Shown piece after piece: positions 1-11,582 of a DNA stretch of 64,000 bases (position 1 is the stretch's first letter; every line of letters begins with the position of its first letter). This DNA is from Somniosus microcephalus (lineage: Eukaryota), in the NCBI GenBank assembly GCA_052327205.1, contig CM126222.1, forward strand, positions 31,992,001 through 32,056,000, given 5' to 3'. Below the pieces are notes generated by a model that worked only from the letters and a program-made list of their open reading frames with translations, was not told the origin of the DNA and did no database searches. A program made the position numbers and the translations under genes.

Positions 1-530
1 GACCGAGACATGGATGAAGATTTCAGAAGCAGCTGGGCTGAGGCAGGGGCAGAGGCGGTCAACATAGGTGGAACTAGGCGCACTTTGTAATGGAGAAGAT
101 ATGGGATCACAAACTCCCCTCAGGGATGAATACAACACTGTGAGCTGTCTGGTTCAGCCTGAGCTAGTGGTTGGGGAGGGGAATGGAATCCGTGGCCAGG
201 ATATGGAGTTTTTGGTGGGAAGATGATGGCTTCGGTCTTACGAGTGTTTAGCTGGAGAAAATTGCAGCTCAGCCAAGACTGGATGTTGGACAAGTTGTCT
301 GACAAAACAGAGGCAGTGAAGGGGTTGAGAGAGGTGGTGGAGAGGCTGGTCCTGGTGTCGCAGCAAACCCCATGTCTGGGGATAATGTTGCCGGGGGACA
401 GCATGCAGATGAGGAAGAAGAGAGGGTCAAGATTAGACCCTTGGGGGGTGGGGGGGGGAGGTCTCAGGAGGTAACAGTTTAGGGGAGGGAAGAGAAGCCA
501 CTGCTGGAGATAATCTGGCTACGAAAGACA
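1..530 (-). mobile_element. Degraded L2-clade LINE fragment (reverse transcriptase C-terminal part)
   Basis: Minus-strand peptide LSDNLSNIQSWLSCNFLQLNTRKTEAIIF resembles L2 RT; boundaries approximate. Confidence 0.65.
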
Positions 531-840
531 GAGAAGATGGAAGTCTGGAGAATTTGAGGAACCCATGCCAATGAGTAGAGGGACAGAATGCATAGAACTT
601 CATTGAATGATTAGCTATTCCTTTGTGAAAAGCATAGCTATCCAGTGACCTACCTTTCCACTTCTGGTGAGGTTATTGAATTATTTCTGACCCTCCAGTC
701 ATGTGCAGCATATAGTTTTGCTGGAGTTAACATGCTTCAGCACATTGTGCCATGCTTTTCTGCCTGTGGTCTTCCTGGCTTTTCTCCCTCTGGCAGGCAA
801 TAGCAGCAGCAGGTCAATTCTATCATGAGAACTATGGGGT

Positions 841-1002
841 CAATGTTCCTGTTAAGTTGTGTGGCCGCGCAGTGGTCTGGAGGTCCCGCGCAAGCCGCTC
901 ACCAGCTTTACAAGGGGAATAACCCCACATGCGCGAAGATTTGATTGGGCCACGCAGCCAGTTATAGGGCCCGCGCATGAAAATAAATTACAGGGAACAT
1001 TG
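841..1002. mobile_element. hAT-type MITE (~160 bp)
   Basis: Termini caatgttcc...ggaacattg; flanks tatggggt/tacagggt resemble a decayed 8-bp TSD; related copy at 7256-7411. Confidence 0.7.
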
Positions 1003-2275
1003 TACAGGGTCCCTGGCTTCTAGCTTACATCCTGTTGCCCTCCTAGGCTTGTACAGCCACAGGACTCCATTTATAGGGGAAGGCACATTGAAAGCAGGAA
1101 GAGCAGAGACCTGCAAAACAAAGTTTCAAGCAGGCAGCAATGCAAGTTAGCAATTTCAAACATCCAGCAACTGTTGATATTGTATCCGATCTGCTTCGAG
1201 AAACCAGCAATTCTGCAGACATCACGTTTGTAACAAACAGCTTCTGCCACGGGATGGGGTGGGGTGACGTGTCCTTTTTAAAAATGTATTCATTCACGGG
1301 ATGTGGGCGTTGAGTTGCCCATCCCTAATTGCCCTTGAGAAGGTGGTGGTGAGCCACCTTCTTGAACCGCTGCGGTCCGTGTGGTGAAGGCGCTCCCAAA
1401 GTGCTGTTAGGGAGGGAGTCCTAAAATTTTGACCCAACAATGCTGAAGGAACAGCGATATATTTCCAAGTCAGGATGGTGTGTGACTTGGAGGGAAACTT
1501 GCAGATGGTGATGGTGTTCCCATGTGCCTGCTGCCCTTGTCCTTCCAGGTAGTAGTGGTCGCGGGTTTGGGAGGTGCTGCTGAAGAAGCCTTGGCGAGTT
1601 GCTGCAATGCATCTTGTAGATGGTACACACTGCAGCCACGGTACGCCGGTGGTGGAGGGAGTGAATGGTTAAGGTGGTGAATGGGGTGCCGATCAAATGG
1701 GCTACTTTGTCTTGAACGTTGTCAAGCTTCTTGAGTGTTGTTGGAGCTGCACTCATCCAGGCAAGTGGAGAGTATTCCATCACACTCCTGATTTGTGCCT
1801 TGTAGATGGTGGAAAGGTTTTGGGGCATCAGGAGGTGAGTCACTTGTTGCAGAACACCCAGCCACTGTCCTGCTCTTGTAGCCACAGTTTTTATCTGGCT
1901 GGTCCAGTTAAACTTCTGGTCAATAGTGACCACCAGGATGTTGCTGCTGGGGGATTTGACAGTGGTAATGCTATTGAATGTCATGGGGAGGTGGTTAGAC
2001 TCTCTCCTGTTGGAGATGGTCATTGCCTGGCATTTGTGTGGTGTAAATGGTCCTTTCCACTTATCAGCCCAAGCCTGGATGTCGTTCAGGTCTTGCTGCA
2101 TGCAGGCATGGATTGCTTCATTATCTGAGGAATTGCAAATGCGATGTCCTGGGGCTGAGATGATTTGCCGCCAACAACCACAATCATCTTTCTTTGTGCT
2201 AGGTATGACTCCAGCCAGTGGAGAGTTTTCTCCCTTGACTTCAATTTTACTAGGGCTCCTTGGTGCCACACTCGA

Positions 2276-3960
2276 CCTAATCAGGAGAATTTATAATGGG
2301 GAACAAGGAAATGGCAGACCAACTAAATACATATTTTGATTCTGTCTTCACAAAGGAGGACACAAATAACCTCCTAGAGATGTCAGGGAACGGTCTAATG
2401 AGAGGGAGGAACTGAATGAAATCAGTATTTGTAGGGAAATGGTGTTAGGGAAATTGACGGGATTGAAGGCTGATAAATCCCCAGGGCCTGATAATCTACA
2501 TCCTAGGGCACTTAAGGAAGTACCTAAAACATCACTAAATCTTCAAATAAATTTTTTAAAAATCACATTTTTTAAATAAACTATAAATGACATGAAATAA
2601 CTATTTTTAAACAATAATTTAAATTTTTGGAAAAAATAATTTTATTTTCTAGTGGGGCTAAAAATAAACTTAACTTTCTTTAAAGTATTTAAAAATAATA
2701 AACCTGTGGAAAAATGTTTTAATTTTAATTAATTCACCACTTACCTTGTAAAAAGCAGGCCTTACGCCTGCTTTTTAAATGTGTAAATTCTGGAGACTTA
2801 CCCTCCCGGGAAAACCTGCAAAAAAAAGCAAGTTTGATGCGCACGCGCAGCCTCTCCCGCGCACGCATATGACCTCTTAACCCCTGCTTTCAGAGGAACG
2901 GAAGTGCCGGTTTTCCACGCATGCGCAGTGCATGCAGGAAACCGGCACTTCCATTGGGCTTACGGGTGAGTACCCCGTGCGTACTCACCCGTGGAGACAT
3001 GAATTTCTGGGCAGTATCTCCAAGTTTGCAGACGACACAAAGCTGGGTGGGCGTGTGTGCTGTGAGGAGGATGCCGAGAAACTCCAGTATGATTTGGACA
3101 GGTTGGGTGATTGGGCAGATGCATGGCAGATGCAGTATAATGTGGATAAATGCGACGTTATCCACTTTGGTGGCAAAAACAAGAAGGCAGATTGTTATCT
3201 GAACGGCAATAGATTGGGAAAAGGGGAAGTGCAACGAGACTGGGTGTCCTTGTGCACCAGTTGCTGAAGGTAAGCATGCAGGTGCAGCAGGCGGTTAAGA
3301 AGGCAAATGGTATGTTGGCCTTCATAGCAAGAGGATTAGAGTACAGGAGCAAGGATGTCTTGCTGCAGTTGTACAGGGCCTGGTGAGACCACGCCTTGAG
3401 TATTGTGTGCAGTTTTGATCACCTTATCTGAGGAAGGATGTTCTTGTCATGGAGGGAGTGCAGCGAAGATTCACCAGACTGATACCTGGGATGGCAGGAA
3501 TGACGTATGAGGAGAGATTAGGTCGATTGGGCTTTTACTCGCTGGAGTTTAGAAGAATGAGAGGGGATCTCATTGAAACTTATAAAATTCTAACAGGACT
3601 AGACAGACTAGATGCAGGAAGGATGTTCCCAATGGCGGGGGAGTCCCGAACCAGGGGTCACAGTCTAAAGATAAGGGGAAAGCCATTTAGGACAGAGATG
3701 AGGAGGAATTTCTTCACCCAGAGAGTGGTGAACCTGTGGAATTCTTTACCACAGAAGGCAGTTGAGGCCAATTCATTAAATATATTCAAGAAGGAGTTAG
3801 ATATATTTCTTAAGGCTAAAGGGATCAAGGGATATGGGGATAAAGCAGGGACAGGGTACTGAATTTGAATGATCAGCCATGATCTCATTAAATGGCGGAG
3901 CAGGCTCGAGGGGCCAAATGGCCTAGTCCTGCTCCTATCTTCTATGTTTCTATGTTTCTA
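2276..3960 (+). mobile_element. CR1 (HER1-like) LINE, 5'-truncated, internally deleted
   Basis: KSPGPDNLHPRALKE, SKFADDTKLGG, RRMRGDLIETYKI, HSLKIRGKPFR peptides; 3' stem-loop and (ctatgttt)n tail. Confidence 0.9.
2521..3012. mobile_element. Partial Harbinger-type MITE (same family as 37020-37781, inverted)
   Basis: Near-identical reverse complement of 37020-37510; keeps one terminus aatttctgggc. Confidence 0.8.
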
Positions 3961-4398
3961 ATGATGCCTTGATGTCATGGGCAGTCACTCTCACCTCACC
4001 TCTGGAATTCAGCTCTTTTGTCCATGTTTGCACCAAGGGTATAATGAGGTCTGGAACTGAATAGTCCTGATGGAACCCAAACTGAGCATCAGTGAGCAGG
4101 TCATTCCTGAGTAAGTGCCACTTGATAGCATTGTCGACAATACCTTTCATCACTTTGCTGATGATTGAGGTAGGCTGATGGGGCAGTAATTGGCCACATT
4201 GGATTTGTCCTGCTCTTGTGGACAGGGCATACTTGGGCAATTTTCCACTTTGTTGGGTAGATGCCAGTGTTGTAGCTGCACTGGAATAGCTTGGCTAGAG
4301 GCACCGCTAGTTCTGGAGCACAAGTCTTCAGCACTGCAGCCGGGATGTTATTGGGGCCCATAACCTTAGCTGTATCCAGTATGCTTAACCATTTCTTG

Positions 4399-5051
4399 GT
4401 GTGGAGATGCCGGAGTTGGACTGGGGTGGACAAATGTAAGAAGTCACACGACACCAGGTTATAGTCCAACAGCTTTATTTGAAATCACAAGCTTTCGGAG
4501 CGCTGCTCCTTCTTCAGGTGAAGTGGAGAAATGCATAAAGACACAGCTTATATAGTCAGAGAATCATGTCAGATGTTTACAGGTAACCTTTCCAACTGCC
4601 ATTTATCACACCTCGGCAGAGAGATAATCACAGCAGTCAAAGGTGTGAATGGTGTCCAAACAGGTCAGTCAGGGAAACATTACATCAAAGAACAATGAGG
4701 TGGGGTCACAAGGGGTCAAATATTGCAGATGCTGGGGTCTGTATGAAAAACAAAAAAACAGACAAAAAACATTTTTTTTGGCTGGAAATCATCTTTGATG
4801 TAATGTTTCCCTGACTGACCTGTTTGGACACCATTCACACCTTTGACTGCTGTGATTATCTCTCTGCCGAGGTGTGATAAATGGCAGTTGGAAAGGTTAC
4901 CTGTAAACATCTGACATGATTCTCTGACTATATAAGCTGTGTCTTTATGCATTTCTCCACTTCACCTGAAGAAGGAGCAGCGCTCCGAAAGCTTGTGATT
5001 TCAAATAAAGCTGTTGGACTATAACCTGGTGTCGTGTGACTTCTTACATTT
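4399..5051. mobile_element. Penelope-like element remnant: 260-bp inverted pseudo-LTR arms plus 33-nt tail
   Basis: Arms 4432-4691 and 4792-5051 are reverse complements; flanking duplication aaccatttcttg (4387-4398/5052-5063); hammerhead motif in each arm. Confidence 0.8.
4961..4999 (+). ncRNA. Minimal type I hammerhead ribozyme motif (mirror copy on - strand 4484-4522)
   Basis: tcac CTGAAGA a GGAGC agc GCTCC GAAA gc TT gtga: stem I tcac/gtga, stem II, core boxes, palindromic aagctt in place of stem III. Confidence 0.75.
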
Positions 5052-6058
5052 AACCATTTCTTGATATCACGTGGAGTGAATTGAATGGGCTGAAAACTGG
5101 CATCTGTGATGGTGATGACCTCAGGAGGAGGCTGAAATGGATCATCCACTGCTGGCAGAAGATGGTTGTGAATACTTCAGTCTTGTCTTTTGCACTCACA
5201 AGCTGGGTTTCATCATCGTTGAGGATGGGGATATTCATGGAGCCTCCTCCTCCTGTTAGTTGTTTAATTGTCCACCACCATTCACGACTGGATGTGGCAG
5301 GACTGCAGAGCTTTGATCTGATCCGTTGATTGTGGGATCGCTTAGCCCTGTCTATAGCAGGCTGCTTCTGCTTTTTAGCATGCATGTATTCCTGTGTTGT
5401 AGCTTCACCAGTTTGCCACCTCATTTTCAGGTATGCTTGGCACTGCTCCTGGCATGCTCTTCTACACTCCTCATTGAACCATGTTTGGTCGCCTGCCTTG
5501 ATGGTAATGGTAGAGTGAGGGATATGCCAGGCCATGAGGTTACAGATTATGGTGGAATACAATACTGCTGCTGATGATCCACAGCACCTCATGGAAGCCC
5601 AGTTTTGAGCTGCTGGGTCTGTAGATCTTATTGCTCCTCCACTTTAGCTACTGCCTTTAAGGCTGTAGAATGGTTCATATTTCCTCCCCTTCATTTGTAC
5701 CTAATAGGGCGCTGCTGTGTGCACCTGGTACACACCCATTGTATGCTGCTGAGCCCCAAGAGGACGTTTAGGCACCAAGGGTTTACTTTTAATGGAGTCC
5801 ACTTATAGTGCGACCTGTTCACATTGCACTTGGCGGGGGGGGTGGGGGAGGGGGGCATCCAGGGTGCAAAATCTCCCCTCGTGTTCCTCTAATGAGCCTG
5901 TTACGTCACTTTTGTTCAACAAAATTGATTGTTTAAGTCTTGTATTTGCACACAAAAAGATACAAGTGCAGCACGTGACACAGCACGTGAACCCATTCTG
6001 ATTGATCAAGAGGCACATCGCTCAAATCTTCGTTCAGGAGGTGGATCCTGCCCCCTAC

Positions 6059-6404
6059 TGTCAGGCGTGAATCAGTAGTAGCACTCTTGGCTCTGAGTCA
6101 GAAGGTTGTGCGTTCAAGTCCCACACCATCGGCTTGAGCACAAAATCTAACCTGACACTCCTGTGCACTCCAGACTGAGGTGCTGTCCTTTGGATGAGAC
6201 GTTAACCCGAGGCTCCGTCTGTCTTCCCAGGTGGATGTAAAAGATCCCATTGCTGGTTGTGGGACCTCACTGTGCGCAAATTAGCGTCCGTGTTTCCTAC
6301 ATTACAACAGTGACTACACTTCAAAAGTATTTAATTGGCTGTAAAGCACCAGACGTCCCGAGGTCATGAAGTATGCTATATAAATGCAAGTCTTTCTTTT
6401 CTTT
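6059..6404 (+). mobile_element. tRNA-derived DeuSINE (SacSINE1-like)
   Basis: B-box-like gttcaagtccc, Deu-domain ggatgagacgttaacccgagg...gtaaaagatccc, L2-type tail gctatataaatgcaagtctttc. Confidence 0.75.
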
Positions 6405-7255
6405 TATGTAAATCTCTCTGTGAGAGACTTTCAATTAGTCCTGTATTCGGGACGGTTTTATTTTTGCCATAGCCTGATACCCTAAGGAAGCAATTGCTTG
6501 GGTGGCTGCCCAGACTAATTTCTTAGGCAATTGGAGAGAAGAGATGTTAATGCCACCAAGTGCAGAGTGAATTGTAACATATGTCCCAAAGGAAAAGGAG
6601 ACTTTGACACCCAATTTCCAAAAGTGTTTATTATTTTCTTCCTCATGTACATCACACAACAACAACTTGAACTTGTATAGTGCCTTTAACATAGTAAAAT
6701 GTTAATTTGCTTTATAAAAGCAAAGAAACAGACCTTGAGCACAATAATTACAGCCTGCATATGATTACACTAATAAGGGTGCACAGGATTAGTCTGTGTT
6801 ACTTTACCATTAACACGTTACTTCAAATTCTGTTGTATCTAATTATAACATGAGCTTTAGACAAGACACTACAACAAGCTGCGAAGCAGAAGTGATGAAT
6901 CTGATCCCCATGCAGGGCCCAAAGTGACGTAGACAAAGCAGTTTACGTATTCATAGAATCATGTAATGATAGAGGACACAAGGAGGCCATTCGGCCCATC
7001 GTGCCTGTGCCGGCTCTTTGAACGAACTATCCAATTAGTCCCGTCCTCCTGCTCTTTTCCCGTAGCCCTGCAAATTTTTCCCCTTCAAGAATTTCTCCAA
7101 TTCCGTTTTGAAAGTTATTATACAATCTGCTTCCACCGCCCTTTCAAGCAGTGCATTCCAGATCATAACAAGTCACTGCGTAAAAAACCTTTTTCCTCAT
7201 GCTGCCTCTGGTTCTTTTGTCAATTACCTTAAATCTATATCCTCTGGTTACTGAC

Positions 7256-7411
7256 CAACATTTCCTCTAAGCTGTGCGGCTCTCCGTCGGTCCCGCGCAG
7301 CCCGGGACTTTTTTTTTTCAATGTTAAATTTTGCGCCTGTGGAAAACTGTGAATGGGTCATGCAGCCCCTTAAAAGGGCCACGCACCCCCCAAAAATTAG
7401 GGGGAACATTG
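7256..7411. mobile_element. hAT-type MITE
   Basis: Perfect 8-bp TSD ttactgac (7248-7255/7412-7419); imperfect TIRs caacatttcctctaa / ttagggggaacattg. Confidence 0.85.
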
Positions 7412-7712
7412 TTACTGACCCTTTTGCCACTGGAAACAGTTTCTCCTTATTTACTCATACAGAACCCTTCATAGTTTTAAATGCCTCTATCAAATCTCCC
7501 CTTAACATTTTCTGCGAGAACAAACCCAGTTTCTCTAGTCTCACTACATAACTGAAGTCCCTGGTACCATTCTAGTAAATCTCCTCTATACCCTCTCTAC
7601 AGTCTTGACATCCTTCCTAAAGTATGTGTCCAGAATTGGTCACAGTACTCCCGCTGGGGCCTAACCAATGTTTTATAAAATTTAGCATAACTTCCTTGCT
7701 TTTGTACTCTAT

Positions 7713-8543
7713 GGGCTCGAATTTCCAAGCCCTGTGGAGGCGGGTTTGGAAGCGGGAGTGGGGGGAAAATTGCAGAATCGGGGGGTACGAACCCTTCCCG
7801 CCCCCAACCCGCCTCCATGCCCGTTTTCCAGGAGGCAGGTACCCGACCTGTGCTGGGAGCCGCCTCCCCGAGGCGGGAAGGGGATTAGTGCCAATTAACT
7901 GCCTGTTAACAGGCAGTTTTTGGCTTAATCCCTATTTTTAGCCCTTAAGTGTGGGCTGCCCGACAGCTCCAAACCACGCCAAGTTAGCGAGGTGGGCCGT
8001 CAGGCTGAAGGGCTTGGAGGGTTCGAGATGTCCGGTGCTCAGGTGAGTGATGGGTGCATGAGTGCAGAGGTAATTGTGTTTGGTGTGTGTAAAGTGTTTA
8101 AATAAGTTTTATTTACCTTTACTTACTAATGCAGGCTTCCTTCCTTCAGGTCTCGGGAGTCCCTCATCTCACCGGCACAGAAAGCAGAATGGCCGCGAGC
8201 TGTCAAAAGTTACAGCATTCTGCTTTCTGTTCTGGAGAGATTTCTAACTGAGTCTGTGGAGAAGGACTCATTAGAAGTCAGATTGTCAGTGTTTGACAGC
8301 TTCACAGAGCTGTCAAACGCTGATATTTCATCTGTCAAAAGCTCTTGACAGATGAAATGTCAATCCCTGACGTCACCTGTAACTGGGTGTCCCTTAATTG
8401 GCCTGCTGAGCCTGCTGGGCAGGCTCAACAAAGTCAATCAAGGGAAAATCGCATGGGTTGGCCACAAATCGATGGAGGCGGGACTACAACCCAAAAAGTG
8501 GGAGTCCCGCCTCCATCACGTCCCCATTGACAAAATCCAGCCC
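7713..8543. mobile_element. Harbinger-type non-autonomous element (related to 15190-16031, opposite orientation)
   Basis: TIR-like gggctcgaattt / aaaatccagccc, 3-bp TSD tat/aat, GC-rich subtermini; CR1 sequence resumes on both sides. Confidence 0.8.
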
Positions 8544-9596
8544 AATGCCTCTATTGCTAAAGCCAAGGATCCCATATACCTTTTGAACAGCCTTCTCAAC
8601 TTGTCCTGCCACCTTCAACGCCTTGTGTACCTACACCCTCAGGTCTCTCTGTTCCTGCACCCCCTTTATAATTTTACCATTTAGTTCATACTGCCTCTCC
8701 TCATTCTTCCTACCAAAATGAATCACTTCATGCTTCTCTGTGTTAAATTTCATCTGCCATGTGTCTGCCCATTTCACCAGTCTGTCTGTGTCCTCTTGAA
8801 GTCTGTTACTATCCTCCTCACTGTTTACTACATTTCCGAGTTTTGTGTTATCTGCAAACTTTGAAATTGTGCCCTGTATACCCAAGTCCAGGTCATTAAT
8901 ATATAATCAAAAAGATCAGTGGTTGCAACAGTGACCCCTGGGGAACTCCACGGCACACTTCCCTCCGGTCTGAAAAGCAACCTTTCACCACTACTCTCTG
9001 CTTTCTGTCCCTTAGCCAATTTCATATCCACGCTGCCACTGCCCCTTTAATCCCATGGGCTTCAATTTTGCTAACAAGACTATTATGTGGTACTCTATCA
9101 AACGCCTTTTGAAAGTCCATATACACATCAATCGCACTACCCCCTTCAACCCTCTCCATTATTTCATCTCAATCAACTGAGTCAAACATGATTTGTCTTT
9201 AACAAATCATTTATTAACCCAGATTTTTCCAAGTGCCCATTAAGTTTGTCTCTAAAATTTTCCCCACGATAGGCCTGTCGTGTCTGGGTTTATCCCTCTC
9301 CCTCCCCAAGACTATTTGTTCCAGGCAATGCCGAAACACATCACAGCAGAAAAAAAACCTAGTAGTTAGGCAAGCTCAGTTATCTTTACCTATACAATAA
9401 CTTGCATTTATATAGCACTGTTAATGTCAAAAAGTGTCTCAAGGTGTTCCACAGAGGCATAATCAGACAAAAATGGATGCCGAGACAAAGAAGGAGATAT
9501 TCGGAGGGGTGACCAAGGAGAAATGCAATGGCTAAAACCATTTGGGAGGATAATGCTTACAGATGAGCTTGGAGCTTTATACTCCGGATGAAGCAG

Positions 9597-10100
9597 CTGA
9601 AGATGGCTGGGCCTAGGACACTACCCTGAAGAACTCCTGCAGCGATGTCCTGGGGCTGTGATGATTAACCTCCAACAACCACAACCATCTTCCTTTGTGC
9701 TAGGTAGGACTCCAGCCAGTGGAGAGTCTTTCTCCTGATTCCCATTGACTTCAATTTTACTAGGGCCCCTTGATGCTACACTCGGTCAAATGCTGCCTTG
9801 ATGTCAAGAGCAGTCACTCTCACCTCACCTCTGGAACTCGGCTCTTTTGTCCATGCTTGGACCAAGGCTGTAATGAGGTCTGGAGCCAAGTTGTCCTACC
9901 GGAACCCAAACTGAGCATCGGTGAGCAAGTTATTGGTGAGTAAGTGCCGTTTGATAGCACTGTCGACGACACCTTCCATCATTCGCTGATGATTGAGAGT
10001 AGACTGATAAGGTGGTAATTGGCCAGATTGGATTTGTCCTGCTTATTGTGGACAGGACATACCTGGGCAATTTTCCACATTGTCAGGTAGGTACCAGTGT
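9597..10100 (-). mobile_element. Fragment of the same CR1-group LINE family as 1277-5620 (RT core)
   Basis: High similarity to 2140-2275 and 3960-4270; WKIAQVCPVH peptide. Confidence 0.8.
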
Positions 10101-11568
10101 GGAAAATTTCTTCATGCAGTATTGTACGGAATGTTTTTACACTTAATCTTGATGTCCAATTGGAAAGAATCTTCACTTTACTGCCAGGATAACAAAAGAG
10201 AGAACATTAGCCTGGTAATGGGCACATGAATAAAACACCTATGACTGCTTCATCTGCCTTGGAGCGGGGAACTGATGAATCTTTGTAAATAAAGCATGAG
10301 ATTTGAGGGTTAAACACTATGCGGTTCATTTTAACTTTTGCCGATAGAGTAAAGTGAGCAATATTAGACTGACTGCCTGTTATACACCTCACATGATTTT
10401 CCTTTCTATTGCCCATTTTATACTCTTGCCTAAAGTTAAAATGACCCCAAATGCATCTTGACACGAGCGAAACTATAGTTGGGAGTCTATTCAGTTTTAA
10501 ATATGCATATATACATTTCCTTACATGTCTGTCAGCCATTTAAATTGTAATTCTTGCCCGTGAAAGAATTAGGTTGTGTACAGAATTGATTCACACTTAA
10601 TGAGAAGCTGCGTTATGGAGGTGCGCTACTCCTGGCAACCGGGCCTGATAATGTTTTAAAGCAATCCCATTATTTGAATGTTTTCAATCATTCTGATCAT
10701 GTTTTACTCTGATCTTTCCTCCTAAGTCCTGCAAAAAAAATCCTTTTGGAAGTTTCGCTCTCTATCTTTATGATTACTAATTAAAGGTGAAAAAGATCAG
10801 TTCCAGCAGCATGGTGATGATTGTTGGGAGGCAATGCCAATATGGAGGATGTACTGTCAATTATTTTTACTACAGAGAGCAAGTTTTTCACAGAAAAAAA
10901 GGTAGTATTAAGAATTTTCAATATTCCATGGTTAGCAGATGAGAAAAGTACAGTTAATTTTAATTCTGGCAAATGTTTTCTCATCGAGTGATTTGTTAAG
11001 GATCTTGCTTCTCCAAGGTCTTTTATTGTTCAAATTGATCTTTTAAATAATTTTCATTCTCCTAATTCTTCCAATTTCTGCCTTCCAGCAGCTTCATGCC
11101 TACCCTGGTTTGTTTCCATGTTGCCTTTATCTTCTTGTCTTCCGTTTACTTCCTTGATTGCCTTAGTCTTGCTGTTTCATTAAAATGTCAGAGTCCATTT
11201 TAATCTGTGTCTTTTCCTTCCCTCTGGAGATTATAACATTATCTAGAAGGGAATTGGGTATTTGTAAATCAAAGAATATAAAAAGATAAGGGGAAATGTC
11301 AAGGAAGTGGGATGAGAATAGATGTTACCAGTTGACGAGCTAGCACCAGCACGGATGCAAATGTCAATTGGGCCCCTCCTGTGCAGTAATGTCAATGATT
11401 CCACATTTGGAGTGAAAATAATGAAAGAGCATGGAAGTGTGCATTAGCCAACAGCACTGAGCATGTAGGAGTGATTAGGAAGATGTGCGGTAGTTAATTA
11501 GTGCCAGTGTGTTATCTTATAAAGACAATGTATTCATTAAATGTTGTCTCAGAGGAAGAGTTTAGGCT

Positions 11569-11582
11569 GTTTCCGTGGTAAC
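11569..11582. promoter_or_regulatory. Candidate RFX X-box GTTTCCGTGGTAAC
   Basis: Matches the palindromic X-box pattern; lies in non-repetitive intron of a motile-cilia gene. Confidence 0.4.

Larger units (their letters stand above)
1277..5620 (-). mobile_element. CR1-group non-LTR retrotransposon (shark family with cccatccctaattgcccttgag 3' end), decayed, interrupted by CR1 and Penelope insertions
   Basis: Minus-strand RT peptides (KAxGPxNIP, WKIAQVCPVHK, QFGF, DLNDIQAWADKW, YKAQIRSVMEY); pieces join across 2275/3960 and 4398/5052. Confidence 0.8.
6953..9300 (-). mobile_element. CR1 LINE 3' portion with nested hAT and Harbinger MITEs
   Basis: catagaat tail, minus-strand ISKFADNTKLG/QMKFNTEK/RDLRV peptides. 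Confidence 0.85.

Noticed and set aside
6059-6130. tRNA gene
   Set aside because: Degenerate tRNA-derived SINE head continuing into the Deu domain; no full cloverleaf
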